DNA of 64,000 bases from the human T2T-CHM13v2.0 reference genome, Homo sapiens, in assembly GCF_009914755.1 (NCBI RefSeq), contig NC_060929.1, one strand, 5' to 3'. The translations under genes and the position numbers were made by a program. Below, piece by piece: positions 62,400-64,000 of the stretch (positions within the stretch are counted from its first letter, which is position 1; every line of letters starts with the position of its first letter). The notes beneath the pieces are model-generated. The model searched no databases. It was not told where the DNA came from and saw only the letters and a list, made by a program, of their open reading frames with translations.

Positions 62400-64000
62400 C
62401 TGTGATACACGCAAAGGGACAATCAAGAAGACCTCTCATGGGACCAAGATCAACTCTGGAAATTGGTAAGGTAATTTATACACAGTAAGCCTTGCTTTCT
62501 TACTACCAACCACCGCATGGCATGAGGCAGTTGTGAAAGTGTCCCCCAAGGTAAACACAAAACTTTTGATGTGGCAGGAGCCCCACCTGCACAAAGGGCT
62601 TAAATAAAACTTCATACCAAATACTGACTGAACAACATGCTACTCTGACTCAGACGCAGCAGTACAATGGTAAAAAGTAAAAATCTAACTGGCTACGGGG
62701 GCTTACAAACAGCCATTGACCAGCAGGCTGTTTACACTGACATTAGACAATGTCATATGTGGCCATGATTAAAGATAGAAAACAGAAAAATTCTGAGCAG
62801 GCAGAGGCTGAAAACTGTGGGGGTAAAAGATTCCGCAAAATGAGTTCATCCAATTCACTAAGAGATAAATGACCAAGCAAATAACAACAACCCCCAGGAA
62901 AGGGACTGGTGGTTCAGTAATTAGAACTGTTAGAATATAGTATTTATAAAGTCAATTTTCCACAATGTTAAGACATGCAAGGAAACAGAAAAATGGGATC
63001 CACACACTGGGATGGGGGGAAATCAGAGAAACTAGTTATTGAAGGAGCCTAGACAGTGGACTTGGCAAGCAAAAATGTCAAAGTAACATTATAAACATCT
63101 TGAAAGAACCAAATGTAACAATGCATAAAGAATTAAAGGAAGGAAGACAGTTGATAATATCTCATCAAATGAAAATGTTATTAAAAAGATAATTTACTTT
63201 TTAAATGCCACATGGCAATTACAGAGATGAAAAATAGAATAACAGAAATGAAAACATTTACTAGAGGAGCTCAACACTAGATTTGATCTGGGAGAAGAAA
63301 TAACCAAGATTAAAATTTTACCACATACCTTCTTCATCTAAGATATAATTACATTAAAAATCAACTGCAGAAAAAAAATTTCGGTACATTTTAGAACTAC
63401 AGAAGAAAATATGAGAATTTCTGTAACTGGGGAAATTAAAAGGTGAAAAAGTCAAACAATGCCGTCTAAAATAACCAATTATTTAAAGAATAAAGTATAG
63501 GGAAATTTTAAAAAAATGAGATTAATTAAAACTAGAATAGAACATACAAATGTATGTAACAAAGCAGTGAGCATAAGGAGATTTATAACTGTAAGTGCCT
63601 ACATTTAAAAATTCTCAAATCAATAATTTAACCACCCCAATAAGAAAGAAGAAAAAAAGAAGAGCAAACTAAACTCAAAACAATCAGAAGTAGTAAAGAT
63701 AAAGACTGAAGTGGAAATTAATAATGTAAAGAATGAAAACAATAGATAAAATAAACACACCAAATTGTTCCTTTGAAAGGATTAACAAAATTAACAAATG
63801 CTTAGTTATAATTATTACAAAAAATGAAATTACTAAAATCAGTAAAGAAGAAACATCACTATCAACCTTCTAACAATTAAAAAACGTACTATAACAAATA
63901 CCATGAACAACTTTATGCCAACAAATTAAACAACATTGATGAAATGGACACATTTTTAGAAAGACAAAAATTAATAATATTACCTCAAAGGTTTAGAAGC
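62400..64000 (+). mobile_element. Old L1M fragment (5' region, ORF1-like, ORF2-like), runs off the window
   Basis: A-rich + strand with ORF1-like (TAAAGAATTAAAGGAA…GAGCTCAACACTAGATTTGA) and ORF2-like (TGAACAACTTTATGCCAACAAATT…GATGAAATGGACACATTTTTAGAAA) sequence. The left boundary is uncertain. Confidence 0.75.

Noticed and set aside
61738-62488. Group of ORFs near the window end as a possible exon
   Set aside because: No cadherin or other recognisable protein similarity. The region grades into an old L1 5' region.

Overview
Primate (most likely human) AT-rich, repeat-dense intronic DNA. The only host gene sequence I can support is one exon of the type II cadherin gene CDH12 on the minus strand (52101-52517: 186 nt of 5'UTR plus the first 77 codons, covering signal peptide, prodomain, RVKR cleavage site and the start of EC1). 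Everything else is flanking intron filled with nested transposable elements: a twin-primed (5'-inverted) L1PA inside a Tigger1, an ~8.3 kb near full-length old L1MA with surviving target-site duplications, a decayed near-complete ERV-L provirus with MLT2 LTRs, about ten Alus, MaLR LTRs, DNA-transposon MITEs, MIR/L2 relics and microsatellites. Almost all ORFs in the track are TE-derived or low-complexity. I find no evidence of a new multi-gene system. The most unusual structures are small: a telomere-like insert between direct repeats (276-370), two local dispersed duplications (one beside a 59-bp triplication, one forming an Alu-filled/empty pair around a TATC STR), a fold-back repeat giving paired AP-1 motifs in an LTR, and a 22-codon uORF in the CDH12 leader. 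Repeat subfamily names come from recalled consensus sequences and need RepeatMasker/Dfam confirmation.
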